Of a DNA stretch of 33,928 nt, positions 1 through 9,190 are shown in pieces (position 1 is the stretch's first letter; each line of letters begins with the position of its first letter). Where the stretch lies: positions 1-33,928 of the forward strand of contig CAKZIH010000168.1 of NCBI GenBank assembly GCA_936931335.1, read 5' to 3'. The DNA is from an uncultured Nostocoides sp. (GTDB taxonomy: Bacteria; Actinomycetota; Actinomycetes; Actinomycetales; Dermatophilaceae). The notes beneath the pieces were generated by a model. The model saw nothing but the letters and a program-made list of their open reading frames with translations, searched no databases and had not been told where the DNA came from. Position numbers and translations under genes: made by a program.

Positions 1-1149
1 TTCGACCAGGCGGGAGATGCCCAGCGGGACGAGCACGGCGGCCAAGGAGGCCAGCCGAAAGCTCGCGCTGGCCCGGGAGTCCTCCCCGGTATGCCGTCGC
101 AACAGCGGCCGCAGCACGTCCTGGTCGATGACCCCGGCGACCGAGACCACCAGGCCCGAGGCCGTGGACAGGAAGGCCGCGAAGGCGCCACCGGTGAGGA
201 TCGCGGTGAGCACCGTCGCCACCGGGCCCTCGGTGAACAAATGCGGCAGGGCGAGCACGATCTCGTCGGCGCGCCGACCATCCGGGTCGGGCGCAACGGT
301 GCGGCCGAGGACGGCATACAGGGGTGGGAAAAGGTAGAAGACCCCGATGAGGCCGATGACCCCGACCGTGGTGCGGCGGGCCGCCCGGCCGTCGGGGTTG
401 GTGTAGAAGCGCACCAGCACATGCGGCAGGCCCATCGTCCCCAGGCAAAGCGCGAGCAGGGTGCTGTAGGTGGAATAGAGCGCGCTGGGGGAGGTGAGTG
501 TCGGCATCTCCCAAGCGCTCAGGTCCAACGGGCGCCGGTGCTCACCCGGCCACAGGGCGAGCAGCACGAAGGCGGGGACGGCGATCGCGGTCAGCTTGAT
601 CCAGTACTGCATGGCCTGGACCAGGGTGATCGACTGCATCCCGCCCACCGCCACCGCCGCGAGCACCACCAGCGCCACCAGCAACCCGCCGACCCAGGTC
701 GGCCAGCCGGTCGCCGCCCGCAGGGCGATCCCGGCGCCCTGGTACTGGGGGATCAGATAGAGCGCGCCGATGGCCACCGTGAGCAGCGAACAGACCAGCC
801 GCAGTCGGCGCGATTCCAGGCGCAGTTCGGCGAAATCGGGCAGCGTATAGGCGCCGGAGCGTCGCAGCGGGGCGGCCACCAGCACCAGCAGCACGAGATA
901 GCCGACCGTATAGCCGATGGGATACCAGAGCACGCTCGCGCCACCGGCATAGACCAGCCCGGCGACCCCGAGAAAGGATGCGGCAGAAAGATATTCGCCG
1001 CTGATCGCGCTGGCATTGCGTCGTGGGGTGATGGCGCGGCCGGCGACATAGAAGTCGGAGGTGGCCCGCGACATACGTAAGCCGAGGGCACCGACGACGA
1101 GGGTGGCGACGCAGATGCCGAGGATCGCGACCAGGCTGACCGGGTGCAT
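1..1149 (-). CDS. Sodium:solute symporter family, cation/acetate symporter (ActP-like); 3' end runs out of the window
   Basis: My translation from ATG 1149 reads MHPVSLVAILG...SRATSDFYVAGRAITPRRNASAISGEYLSAASFLGVAGL...PLRRSGAYTLPDFAE, which are SSS/ActP motifs. The start overlaps the upstream stop (TGATG). Confidence 0.9.
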   Translation of the reverse strand, partial: MHPVSLVAILGICVATLVVGALGLRMSRATSDFYVAGRAITPRRNASAISGEYLSAASFLGVAGLVYAGGASVLWYPIGYTVGYLVLLVLVAAPLRRSGAYTLPDFAELRLESRRLRLVCSLLTVAIGALYLIPQYQGAGIALRAATGWPTWVGGLLVALVVLAAVAVGGMQSITLVQAMQYWIKLTAIAVPAFVLLALWPGEHRRPLDLSAWEMPTLTSPSALYSTYSTLLALCLGTMGLPHVLVRFYTNPDGRAARRTTVGVIGLIGVFYLFPPLYAVLGRTVAPDPDGRRADEIVLALPHLFTEGPVATVLTAILTGGAFAAFLSTASGLVVSVAGVIDQDVLRPLLRRHTGEDSRASASFRLASLAAVLVPLGISRLVE

Positions 1150-1571
1150 CAGTCGCCGTTGACCAGGTCGACGAAGGCGGCTTCCAAGCGCTCGCTGGCC
1201 CGGACATAAAAACGGGCCAGGATCCAGGCCGCCGGATAGGCGGCCACCCCGAGCAGCACCCAGGGCAGCGGCACCGGGCCCAGGCGCACGGTTCCGGTCT
1301 CGGGGATGAGCAGGAAGAGCAGCGGCACCCCGGCCAGGGTGAGGGCGACCAGCAGCAGCAGGCTCGCGGACAGGCGCAGTTGGGCACGGATCAGTCCGCG
1401 GACATAGACCTCACCCAGGTCGGTCTCGTCGGAGAGTTCTTCGGCCACCGGCCGGGTGGTATGCCGGGCCGCCGAGCGCCGGGAGGCGCTCACCCGCACC
1501 CGTTGTGGGGCCGGCCCGGACGTCGGGCCCGAGGCTGACCCGGGGTGCGGCCCGGCGCTGTCGCTCTGCAT
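1149..1571 (-). CDS. Small membrane protein, DUF485-like partner of ActP-type symporters
   Basis: C-terminal part of ORF 1149..1871 from ATG 1571: ELSDETDLGEVYVRGLIRAQLRLS followed by 2 TM helices. It lies directly upstream of the symporter. Confidence 0.75.
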   Translation of the reverse strand: MQSDSAGPHPGSASGPTSGPAPQRVRVSASRRSAARHTTRPVAEELSDETDLGEVYVRGLIRAQLRLSASLLLLVALTLAGVPLLFLLIPETGTVRLGPVPLPWVLLGVAAYPAAWILARFYVRASERLEAAFVDLVNGD

Positions 1572-1578
1572 CGCCGGT

Positions 1579-2319
1579 CTAGAACTCACCGCGGCGCAGC
1601 AGATGCCGGCGCACATCGCGCAGATGCCGTCGACTGACCGGCAGGTCGATGGCGCCGACCCGGACCGTGCACTTGCCGTGGTCCATCCGGACCTCGCTGA
1701 CATGGCGCATGGAAACCAGGGTGCTGCGGTGGATGCGCACGAACCCCGCCGACGCCCATTTCTCCTCCAGCGTGGCCAGCGGGATGCGCACCAGATGCGA
1801 TTCGGCGTCCGTATGCAGGCGGGCATAGTCCCCGTGCGCCTGGACGTGGCGGATCTCGCTGCGCGCGACAAATCGGGTCACCCCGCCGAGCTCGACGGCG
1901 ATGGTCTCCTCGTCCTCTGCGCTGGCCGGGCTGGCGGGGGTCGCTGCGGCGACCACGCGCCGAACCGCCTCGGCCAGGCGCTCGGGGCGCACCGGCTTCA
2001 TCACATAGTCGACCGCGTCGATGGCGAAGGCGTCGACGGCATGGGAGTCGTAGGCGGTGACAAAAACCACCGCCGGCCGGTTGGCGAAGCGCGCGAGGAC
2101 CCGGCCCAACTCCATACCGTCCAGGCCGGGCATGGAGATATCGGAGAAGACCACGTCGACACGCTCGGCCTCCAGGACGCGCAGCGCGTCGGTGCCGGAG
2201 GCGGCAGACAGCACCCGGTCGATCCGGGGATCGCGCTCGAGCAGATAGCCCAGCTCCGAGCGCGCCGGGGCCTCGTCGTCGACGACCAGGGCGACCAAGC
2301 CGGCAGGTGCGCTACTCAT
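1579..2319 (-). CDS. LytR/AlgR (LytTR) family response regulator
   Basis: Receiver motifs VVDDE, DISMPGLDG, FVTAY and KP; LytTR motif FVRIHRSTLV. Confidence 0.95.
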   Translation of the reverse strand: MSSAPAGLVALVVDDEAPARSELGYLLERDPRIDRVLSAASGTDALRVLEAERVDVVFSDISMPGLDGMELGRVLARFANRPAVVFVTAYDSHAVDAFAIDAVDYVMKPVRPERLAEAVRRVVAAATPASPASAEDEETIAVELGGVTRFVARSEIRHVQAHGDYARLHTDAESHLVRIPLATLEEKWASAGFVRIHRSTLVSMRHVSEVRMDHGKCTVRVGAIDLPVSRRHLRDVRRHLLRRGEF

Positions 2320-3536
2320 GGGACTGTCAGCTTAGGGTCGGCGGCCAGCGCGGCGGCGCCGAGGAACTTCGGCGCGCGGAAGGAGACGCGCATACCGGCC
2401 CCGGGGGCGGTCTCCACGACCAGACCCATGTCGTCGCCGTAGATGGAACGCAGGCGAGCATCCACATTGGCCAGGCCGTGAGATTCGGTGGCGATGGTGC
2501 CGTCGAGGATGCCCTGGATGCGCTCGGGCTCGGCACCGGCCCCGTCGTCCTCTACCACGATCTCGGCGGCCGAACCGCGATCGCCGGCGGTAATCGCGAC
2601 GGTATGCACGCCCTCGAGGTTGGCCACGCCATGGCGGACCGCGTTCTCCACCAGCGGCTGAATGGCCAGATAGGGAACTGTGACCGCGAGCACCTCCGGG
2701 GCGATCAGCAGGCTGATCCGCAGCCGCTCGCCGTAGCGGGCCTGCTCCAGGGCGAGATAGCGCTCGACATTGCGCAGCTCGTCGGCCAGCGTGGTGAAGG
2801 CGCCGCCGCCGCGCAGGGCATACCGGGTGAAATCCGCGAACTCCAGCAGCAGGTCGCGGGCGCGGTCGGGATCGGTGCGCACAAAGGAGGCGATGGCGCC
2901 GAGGGAGTTGTAGATGAAGTGCGGGCTGATCTGGGCGCGCAGGGCCGCGAGCTCGGCCTCGCTGGCCCGGGCGCGTTCGCGGCCGAGTTCGGCGAGCTCG
3001 ACCTGGGTGGACACCCAGCCGGCCACCTTGGTCGCCGCCCGGACCAATCCGGCCGTCACATTGGGCCCGTATGCCGCCAGCGCCCCCACCACTCGACCCT
3101 CGGTGGTCACCGGCGCGATGACCGCGGCACGCAAGGGACACCCGGGATCGTCGCAGGTGACCTCGCCATGGTCGAGGACCGCGGTCTCCCCGGCGGTCAA
3201 GGTGGCGGCGGCCAGCCGCAGGGTATGGGCGGCGTGATGTGGCGCGGCGCCCTCCCAGGTCACCGCGCCGGTGGCATCGACCAGGGCCAGCGCGGGGGTG
3301 GCCAGCAGCGTCCGCAAATGGCGGGCGGCGCGGGCGCCACCGCTCGCCCCGAGCCCGCCGCCGAGGTGGCGGGCGGCCAGGGCCGCGGTATGCAGGGTCT
3401 GGTACGTAGCGCGCGCCGAATCGCTGAGGAAGCCCCGGCGGCGCCCGCGAATGGTGACCGCCAGCCATGCGCCCAGGCCGACCAGGGCGACCAGGGCGAG
3501 GGTGACCACGGCGGTCGGGAGGTGAAAACCCCGCAT
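2316..3536 (-). CDS. LytS/YehU-type sensor histidine kinase
   Basis: H-box AQISPHFIYNSL, QPLVENAVRHG and DDGAG. Start placed at ATG 3536, 6 nt after a TACCCT -10 (leaderless). One N-terminal TM helix. Confidence 0.92.
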   Translation of the reverse strand: MRGFHLPTAVVTLALVALVGLGAWLAVTIRGRRRGFLSDSARATYQTLHTAALAARHLGGGLGASGGARAARHLRTLLATPALALVDATGAVTWEGAAPHHAAHTLRLAAATLTAGETAVLDHGEVTCDDPGCPLRAAVIAPVTTEGRVVGALAAYGPNVTAGLVRAATKVAGWVSTQVELAELGRERARASEAELAALRAQISPHFIYNSLGAIASFVRTDPDRARDLLLEFADFTRYALRGGGAFTTLADELRNVERYLALEQARYGERLRISLLIAPEVLAVTVPYLAIQPLVENAVRHGVANLEGVHTVAITAGDRGSAAEIVVEDDGAGAEPERIQGILDGTIATESHGLANVDARLRSIYGDDMGLVVETAPGAGMRVSFRAPKFLGAAALAADPKLTVP

Positions 3537-3555
3537 CGCGCCAGGGTAGGCGAGG

Positions 3556-3666
3556 AAAAAAAGGATGCGGCCCCGGCTGGGGGGGGAACAGCCGGGGCCG
3601 CGACGCGTCGGCGCCCTCGGGGGGTGAGCGCCACGCGCGAGTCGCTCAACCCGAGGGGAGCGACTG
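3556..3666 (-). ncRNA. 6C RNA (actinobacterial sRNA, B11-like)
   Basis: On the minus strand, a hairpin with a CCCCCC loop (G6 at 3619-3624) is followed by the perfect 13-bp stem GCGGCCCCGGCUG-UUCCCCCCC-CAGCCGGGGCCGC and U7. It is intergenic and near the ssd/tad locus, where 6C normally lies. Confidence 0.85.
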
Positions 3667-3672
3667 GGATCA

Positions 3673-3701
3673 ATCGTCAGGCAATGCCTGCGATCCCGCA
3701 A
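3673..3701 (-). promoter_or_regulatory. Putative promoter of the 6C RNA
   Basis: Minus-strand TTGCGG-17 nt-GACGAT, ending 7 nt before the first hairpin. Confidence 0.5.
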
Positions 3702-3791
3702 CAGGAACGCACGGCACTCGCAAATTTGTTGACCCTGGCGTCCGCGACCTGGCACTCTGGCGTTGTCAGTGGCCAGCCCTAGCCTCGATGC

Positions 3792-5264
3792 ATGACCTCG
3801 ACCCCGCCGCTACCGAAGGATTCCGAGCCTGCGGCGTCTGTGGAGTCTGAATTAGCCGCGTCTGCGGCTGATCCGGGGGCGCCTCCTGGGGTGACGCACG
3901 AGGCGCACCTGCCCCCAGGAGTGGTGCGCGGACCGCATACCGTGCGGGCCTTTCGTATGGTGCTGCTCAACACCCTGGTGGCCAATGTCACCACAAGCTA
4001 TCTCTGGTACGCCCTGACCTTCTGGGCGTACCTGGAGACCAAGTCGGTGCTGGCCACTTCGATCATCGGCGGCAGCTACATGCTGCTGGTCGCGGTCTTC
4101 TCCACCCTTTTCGGCACCTTTGTGGACCGGCACCGCAAAAAATCCGCGATGCGCTTCTCCAGCGTGGTGACCCTGGTGACCTATGGGATCGCGGCGGTGC
4201 TCTATCTGATCTTCCCGGCCACCACGCTGGTGGACTGGAATGGGCCGTGGTTCTGGGTGTTCGCCGGGGTGATCCTGCTCGGTGGGGTCGTGGAGAGTAT
4301 GCGCAATATCGCGCTGTCCACGACCGTGACGCTGCTGGTGCCGGCCGACGACCGGGACAAGGCCAATGGGATGGTCGGCACCGTCCAGGGCATCGCCTTC
4401 ATGGTCACCAGCGTCTTCAGCGGCCTGTCCGTCGGCCTGCTCGGTATGGGGTGGACCGTCGCCATCGCGCTGACCTTTACGGCCCTGGCGCTGCTGCATT
4501 TGCTGACGATCGACATCCCGGAGCTCTCGCCGAGCGCCGACGGGGGACAGCGTCAGCCGTTGTTCGATTTCCGGGCCGCCTGGCAGGCGATCCGGGCGGT
4601 GCCCGGGCTGCTCGCGCTGGTGCTCTTCGCGACCTTCAACAATCTGGTCGGCGGGGTCTATATGGCGCTGATGGACCCCTATGGGTTGACGCTCTTCAGC
4701 GTCGAGACCTGGGGCGTGGTGCTCGGGATCACCAGTGTGGGCTTCATCGTGGGCGGCGCGCTGGTGGCCAAGCTGGGGCTCGGTCCGGCGCCGCTACGCA
4801 CGCTCATGCTGGTCAACCTGGGGATCGCGGCGATCGGGATGCTCTTCACGCTGCGCGAGTGGGCATGGCTCTATGTGGTGGGCATCTTTGTCTTCATGGC
4901 CGTGGTGCCGATGGCCGAGGCCGCCGAGCAGACGATCTTGCAACGGGTGGTGCCGTTCGCCACCCAGGGGCGGGTGTTCGGCTTCGCGCAGAGCATCGAG
5001 GCGGCCGCGTCGCCGATCTCTGCCTTCCTCATCGGGCCGATCGCGCAGTTCGGGCTGATCCCCTTTATGCACTCCGAGGCGGGGCGGGAACGCTTCGGGT
5101 CGCTGCTGGGGGATGGGCAGGCGCGCGGGATCGCGCTGGTCTTCCTCTTGGCCGGCGCGATCATGACGGTCACGGTGCTGCTGGCCATGGTGTCGCGGCC
5201 CTACCGACAGTTGTCCGCGGCCTATGCCCAGGCGGATCCGCCGCCGGTGCCGGCCGCCGCCTGA
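3792..5264 (+). CDS. MFS transporter
   Basis: About 12 hydrophobic segments, motif-A-like GTFVDRHRKK and QGRVFG. TAGCCT -10 lies 6 nt before the ATG. Confidence 0.9.
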   Translation: MTSTPPLPKDSEPAASVESELAASAADPGAPPGVTHEAHLPPGVVRGPHTVRAFRMVLLNTLVANVTTSYLWYALTFWAYLETKSVLATSIIGGSYMLLVAVFSTLFGTFVDRHRKKSAMRFSSVVTLVTYGIAAVLYLIFPATTLVDWNGPWFWVFAGVILLGGVVESMRNIALSTTVTLLVPADDRDKANGMVGTVQGIAFMVTSVFSGLSVGLLGMGWTVAIALTFTALALLHLLTIDIPELSPSADGGQRQPLFDFRAAWQAIRAVPGLLALVLFATFNNLVGGVYMALMDPYGLTLFSVETWGVVLGITSVGFIVGGALVAKLGLGPAPLRTLMLVNLGIAAIGMLFTLREWAWLYVVGIFVFMAVVPMAEAAEQTILQRVVPFATQGRVFGFAQSIEAAASPISAFLIGPIAQFGLIPFMHSEAGRERFGSLLGDGQARGIALVFLLAGAIMTVTVLLAMVSRPYRQLSAAYAQADPPPVPAAA

Positions 5265-5294
5265 GCCGTCGCGGGCGATTGTCCGCGGCCGGAA

Positions 5295-6146
5295 TCAGTT
5301 GCGGGCGGGTGGGTGCAGCCGCCCGGCAAGGACGGCGTCGGCGATGGCGACGCCTTCGGCTGCCCCGGCGGTGATCGCGACGGCGCAATGCTCGACCCAG
5401 ATGAGCAGCCCCTCCAGGGTTCCTTGGCCGTAGGCCTGCACGGCCCCGTGGTATGCCGCCAGCCCGCCCGCCCCGTGCCCGGCTTCGATCACGGTGACCC
5501 CGGTCGGGTCCAGGCCAGTGGCGGTGAGCAGGGCCCGGTCGAGTGCGCGGGCCACCAGCCCGTTGGCGCGCGCGAAGGGACGCAGGGCGGCCAGTTCACC
5601 ATGCGCCAGGGCGAGTACGAGCAGCGCCGGCAGGTCCTCGCTGGCGAGGATCGTGTCGAGCGCCGCCAAGCGAGGGGTGAGCTGCGCCGGGGCGGGGGCG
5701 GGCCCCATACCGGCGTACTCCGGCACGCTCGTGGTGGTGCGCGGGCGGCCTAGCTCGGGCGCGGGCAGTGCGCCCGCGGCCGCGGCCAGGTGCAGCCGGG
5801 CCAGGACGCGGCGCGGTGAGGTGCGCACGCTTGCGGCGAGTTCCTCGGTGAGCGCGGTGGCGGCAATCGCCCCGTGCACCACCAGTTCGGCCGGGTCCGG
5901 GTCGGTATGCCGGGGGCGTGCCCCCCGCATCAAGTCGCGGACGATCTCCACGCTGCCGCGAGCGCCATCGAGTTCGGCGCTGGCCCACGCCCCACGCACC
6001 CGAGACTCTGCCGCGCACTCCGGGATGCGCCGGCGCAGCGCCTGGTGCCAACGCAACTCGGTACACGCCTGCCGGGCGCGTTCGGAGGCCGCGGTGATCC
6101 GGGAATGCTCGGCCAGCGCGGCGAGTGCGGCTAGGGGATCGGGCAC
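5295..6146 (-). CDS. Fic-like protein with degenerate motif (Rv3662c-like)
   Basis: LRPFARANGLVARA versus the Fic consensus HPFxDGNGRxxR, plus GLDPTG. GTG start lies 7 nt after TACAGT. Typical neighbour of ssd. Confidence 0.75.
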   Translation of the reverse strand: MPDPLAALAALAEHSRITAASERARQACTELRWHQALRRRIPECAAESRVRGAWASAELDGARGSVEIVRDLMRGARPRHTDPDPAELVVHGAIAATALTEELAASVRTSPRRVLARLHLAAAAGALPAPELGRPRTTTSVPEYAGMGPAPAPAQLTPRLAALDTILASEDLPALLVLALAHGELAALRPFARANGLVARALDRALLTATGLDPTGVTVIEAGHGAGGLAAYHGAVQAYGQGTLEGLLIWVEHCAVAITAGAAEGVAIADAVLAGRLHPPARN

Positions 6147-6230
6147 CAGCCCAACTGTACGGCGGGCTGGGACGAGCGCCGCAGGATGCGGCACATGACG
6201 GGTGTCCCCAGGCGCGCTCCGCATACCGGG

Positions 6231-6240
6231 TTATCCACAG
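6231..6240 (+). promoter_or_regulatory. DnaA-box-like site upstream of the ssd-tad operon
   Basis: TTATCCACA(G) is a perfect DnaA box consensus in the Fic/ssd intergenic gap. Confidence 0.6.
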
Positions 6241-6292
6241 GGCGGGCGCAAGCCCTGGCCGGGGAAGGCCAGCCCCGCCACGCTTGACGGCT

Positions 6293-7012
6293 ATGACGAC
6301 TCTCGGCGTGGTGGCCGCCTCGGGTGGCGCGGGGTGCTCGACGCTGGCCGGCGCGCTGGGGATTCGGGCCGGCCAGTCGGGGGCCGCCGCGGTGGTGGTC
6401 GATGGCGACCCGCTCGGTGGGGGCATCCAGGTGACCATGGCCGCCGAACACCTGCCCGGGCATCGCTGGTCGGACCTGACCGAAGTGGACGGGACGGTGG
6501 CGGGGCAGCGGCTGCTTGAGCACCTGCCCCAGGTCGATGGCTGCCACGTGCTCTCCGGGGGTCGGGCTGCTCGGGCCCTGGACCGGGTGGTGCCCGAGGC
6601 GGTCGAGGATGCGGCTTTCGATGCGGTCGTCGACGCCCTGGAACGCGCCTGCGGCCTGGTGGTCCTGGATTGGGGACACCGGTGGCGGGCGGGTTTCGGC
6701 GCGAGCGTGCTGGTGGTGCCGGCCAGCGCACGCGGGCTCGCCGATGCCGAGGCCTGGATTGGCCGGTATGACAGTGCGGACCTGGCCGGGGTGGTCACCC
6801 GCAGCCGGCGCGGCGACTTTCGAGTGGCCAGCGCGCTCGCCCAGCAATTGGGTATGCCATTGCTCGGCGAGCTCACCGACGACCGCCGGGTGGTCGCCGC
6901 GGCTCGCGCCGGGGAACCGCCGGGGCTGTCCAAGCGTGGTCCGGTGGCCGCCTTGGCCGATGCGCTGGCCCGCTCCGCGCTGGCAGTCACCGGGGACGGG
7001 CTGGCGTCATGA
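6293..7012 (+). CDS. ssd: Septum site-determining protein Ssd / CpaE(TadZ)-like MinD-type ATPase, short form
   Basis: Deviant Walker A GVVAASGGAGCSTLA and VDGDPLGGG...RWSDL. First gene of the tad operon, coupled to tadA by ATGA. Confidence 0.8.
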   Translation: MTTLGVVAASGGAGCSTLAGALGIRAGQSGAAAVVVDGDPLGGGIQVTMAAEHLPGHRWSDLTEVDGTVAGQRLLEHLPQVDGCHVLSGGRAARALDRVVPEAVEDAAFDAVVDALERACGLVVLDWGHRWRAGFGASVLVVPASARGLADAEAWIGRYDSADLAGVVTRSRRGDFRVASALAQQLGMPLLGELTDDRRVVAAARAGEPPGLSKRGPVAALADALARSALAVTGDGLAS

Positions 7013-8034
7013 GATTCGACGACGGCATCACCGCGGCGGTGCGGGCCGGTCGCGGCCCGGACCCGCGCGCCATTCGGGATGTGGTGGACACGGCCGCCGA
7101 ACGCCTGGGCGAGCGCGGCGTCGCCCGCGCCGAGCACCGACTGCGGGCGGATCTGGCCGGTCTCGGGCCGCTGGCCGAGGTCGCCCGGTTGCCCGGCGTC
7201 ACCGACATCCTGGTCAACGGCGACGGGTTGACCTGGGCCGATCGGGGGCGCGGGGTGGAACGCATCCCGGTCCACGATTTCGCCTCCCCCGAGGAGGTGC
7301 GGCGGCTCGCCGTGCGCCTGGCCGGGGTGGCCGGCCGGCGCCTGGACGATGCTCAGCCGTATGTCGATGGCCTGCTCCCCGGGGCGGTGCGGCTGCATGC
7401 CATCCTGCCGCCACTGTCCGCGGGCGGCACCTGTCTGAGCCTGCGAATGCTGCGCACCGAGGCGGTGCATCTGAGTGACCTGGAGCGGGTCGATATGTGC
7501 ACCCCGGCCCAGGGCGAACGGCTGCGGCGGATGGTCGCCGAACGGGACGCCTTCGTGGTCACCGGGGGTACTGGGGCAGGGAAAACTACCCTGCTCGCGG
7601 CGCTGCTGGCCGAGATCGATCCCAGCGAGCGCATTCTCGTGGTCGAGGACGTGCTGGAGATCCCGGTGCATTCCGGGCATGTGGTGCGCCTGCAGGCCCG
7701 CCCGCCCAATGTCGAGGGCCACGGCCAGATCACCCTGGTGGACTTGGTGCGCCAGGCCCTGCGCATGCGACCTGACCGCCTCGTCGTCGGCGAGGTCCGC
7801 GGCCCCGAGGTCCGCGAACTCCTGCAGGCACTCAACACCGGCCATGAGGGCGGTTGCGCCACCCTGCACGCCAACAAGCCGGCCGATGTCCCCGCCCGGC
7901 TGGAGGCGCTGGGCGCCCTGGCCGGTATGTCGCCCCAGGCCGTCCGGGCGCAGGTCGCGACCGCCCTGAAGACCGTCGTCCATGTCGCCCGTACCCCGCT
8001 GGGGAGGCGGGTCACCTCGATCGAGGACCTGTGA
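7009..8034 (+). CDS. tadA: TadA/CpaF pilus assembly ATPase
   Basis: Walker A GGTGAGKTT, VEDVLE, ALRMRPDRLVVGEVRG and NTGHEG...TLHAN. Confidence 0.95.
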   Translation: MRFDDGITAAVRAGRGPDPRAIRDVVDTAAERLGERGVARAEHRLRADLAGLGPLAEVARLPGVTDILVNGDGLTWADRGRGVERIPVHDFASPEEVRRLAVRLAGVAGRRLDDAQPYVDGLLPGAVRLHAILPPLSAGGTCLSLRMLRTEAVHLSDLERVDMCTPAQGERLRRMVAERDAFVVTGGTGAGKTTLLAALLAEIDPSERILVVEDVLEIPVHSGHVVRLQARPPNVEGHGQITLVDLVRQALRMRPDRLVVGEVRGPEVRELLQALNTGHEGGCATLHANKPADVPARLEALGALAGMSPQAVRAQVATALKTVVHVARTPLGRRVTSIEDL

Positions 8035-9143
8035 GTATGGGGGCCGGTCAGATTCTCGGCGCCCTGCTCCTGCTGGGCATCGCCCTGGCCTGCTGGCCCC
8101 GGCGGCACGGCCCGCGCCGATCGGCGGGACTGGCACTGCCGATCGATCGCACCGACAGCCTCGCCGCGGCACTGGAATCGATTTCGCTGTGTCTGCAATC
8201 CGGGCTGACCCCGTTGCAGGCGGTGGAGATCACCGCGCGCCGACCGGGTCTGGACGAGGCGCTCGCCGCCGTCTTCGAGGAGGTGCGCCGGGCACTGGCA
8301 CGGGGCGAGCCGGGCGGGGTGGTCTGGTCACGACATACCGGCCAGATCCCGCAGCTGCGGGTGGTCGCCGGCTCGTGGACGCTGACCGAGGCGAGCGGGT
8401 CGGCGCTGGAACCGGCCGTCTCCTGGGCCGTCGGGCAATTGCGCGAGAAACGGGCCGCCCGAGAACGGCTGGATGCCGTCACCGCTGGCGCGAAGTCCTC
8501 AATGGGGCTGATGCTCCTGCTGCCGCTGGCCGGCATCCCGATCGGGCTGCTCGTCGGGGTGACGCCGCGGGAGTTGTACGGATCCGTGCCCGCGGCGCTG
8601 TCCTGCCTGGCCGGGCTGGCCTGCGCTGCCGGGGGTTTAGTGCTCGCCCGGCGGATGCTACGCCGGGCGCTACGGCCGCAAGAACTCACGCCGGTGCCAG
8701 GGCTGGCCGCTGCCACCACGGGGGATATCGCAGACGCGAGCTTGATGTTGCATCTCGCCCTGTCCTCCGGTGCGGGGATCATCGAGAGCCTCGCCGCGGT
8801 CGCCGAGCTTTCCCCGCCGCGGGTGCGGCTGGATCTGCGGCGGGTGGTGGCGGCATACCGCTGGGGGCTCGGGCATACCCGGGCCTGGTCGTATGCCGAT
8901 CCCGCCTGGGAACCTGTCGCCGCCGCTCTGGGGCTCGCCCTGGACCATGGCGCCGCCCCGGCGGCGAGTGTGCGCGCGGTCGGCTTGCGATTGTCAGCGT
9001 CCGAGCGCTCCCGTATGGAGGCCGCCGCCGGCCGAGCCGGCACCTTCTTGTTGGTGCCCCTGGCGGTGATGTTCATCCCGTCGTTCGCGCTGACCACCAT
9101 GATCCCGTTGGCCATCGCCCTGGTGCCGCGCGGGTCGTTCTGA
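8031..9143 (+). CDS. Fused TadB-TadC platform protein (two T2SS-F domains)
   Basis: Two repeats of the T2SS-F pattern: LESISLCLQSGLTP...WTLTEASGSAL + TMs, then LMLHLALSSGAG...ALDHGAAP...LVPLAVMFIPSF. GTGA overlap with tadA. Confidence 0.8.
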   Translation: MSMGAGQILGALLLLGIALACWPRRHGPRRSAGLALPIDRTDSLAAALESISLCLQSGLTPLQAVEITARRPGLDEALAAVFEEVRRALARGEPGGVVWSRHTGQIPQLRVVAGSWTLTEASGSALEPAVSWAVGQLREKRAARERLDAVTAGAKSSMGLMLLLPLAGIPIGLLVGVTPRELYGSVPAALSCLAGLACAAGGLVLARRMLRRALRPQELTPVPGLAAATTGDIADASLMLHLALSSGAGIIESLAAVAELSPPRVRLDLRRVVAAYRWGLGHTRAWSYADPAWEPVAAALGLALDHGAAPAASVRAVGLRLSASERSRMEAAAGRAGTFLLVPLAVMFIPSFALTTMIPLAIALVPRGSF

Positions 9144-9151
9144 TGGCGCGG

Positions 9152-9190
9152 ATGTCCACAGCCGGAATGCCGGATTCCCATGATCCACAG
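9152..9190 (+). promoter_or_regulatory. Pair of DnaA-box-like sites upstream of the pilin gene
   Basis: ATGTCCACAG (9152-9161) and TGATCCACAG (9181-9190), each 1 mismatch from TT(A/G)TCCACA. Confidence 0.5.

Noticed and set aside
3537..3755. N-terminal extension of the sensor kinase ORF
   Set aside because: It runs through the 6C RNA and its terminator; a leaderless start at 3536 fits better.
5596..8172. 858-aa minus-strand ORF, and similar long ORFs at 91..1080, 2307..3782, 14360..16444, 21876..23897 and 25472..27184
   Set aside because: Antisense shadows of well-supported genes, expected in high-GC DNA; no recognisable motifs.
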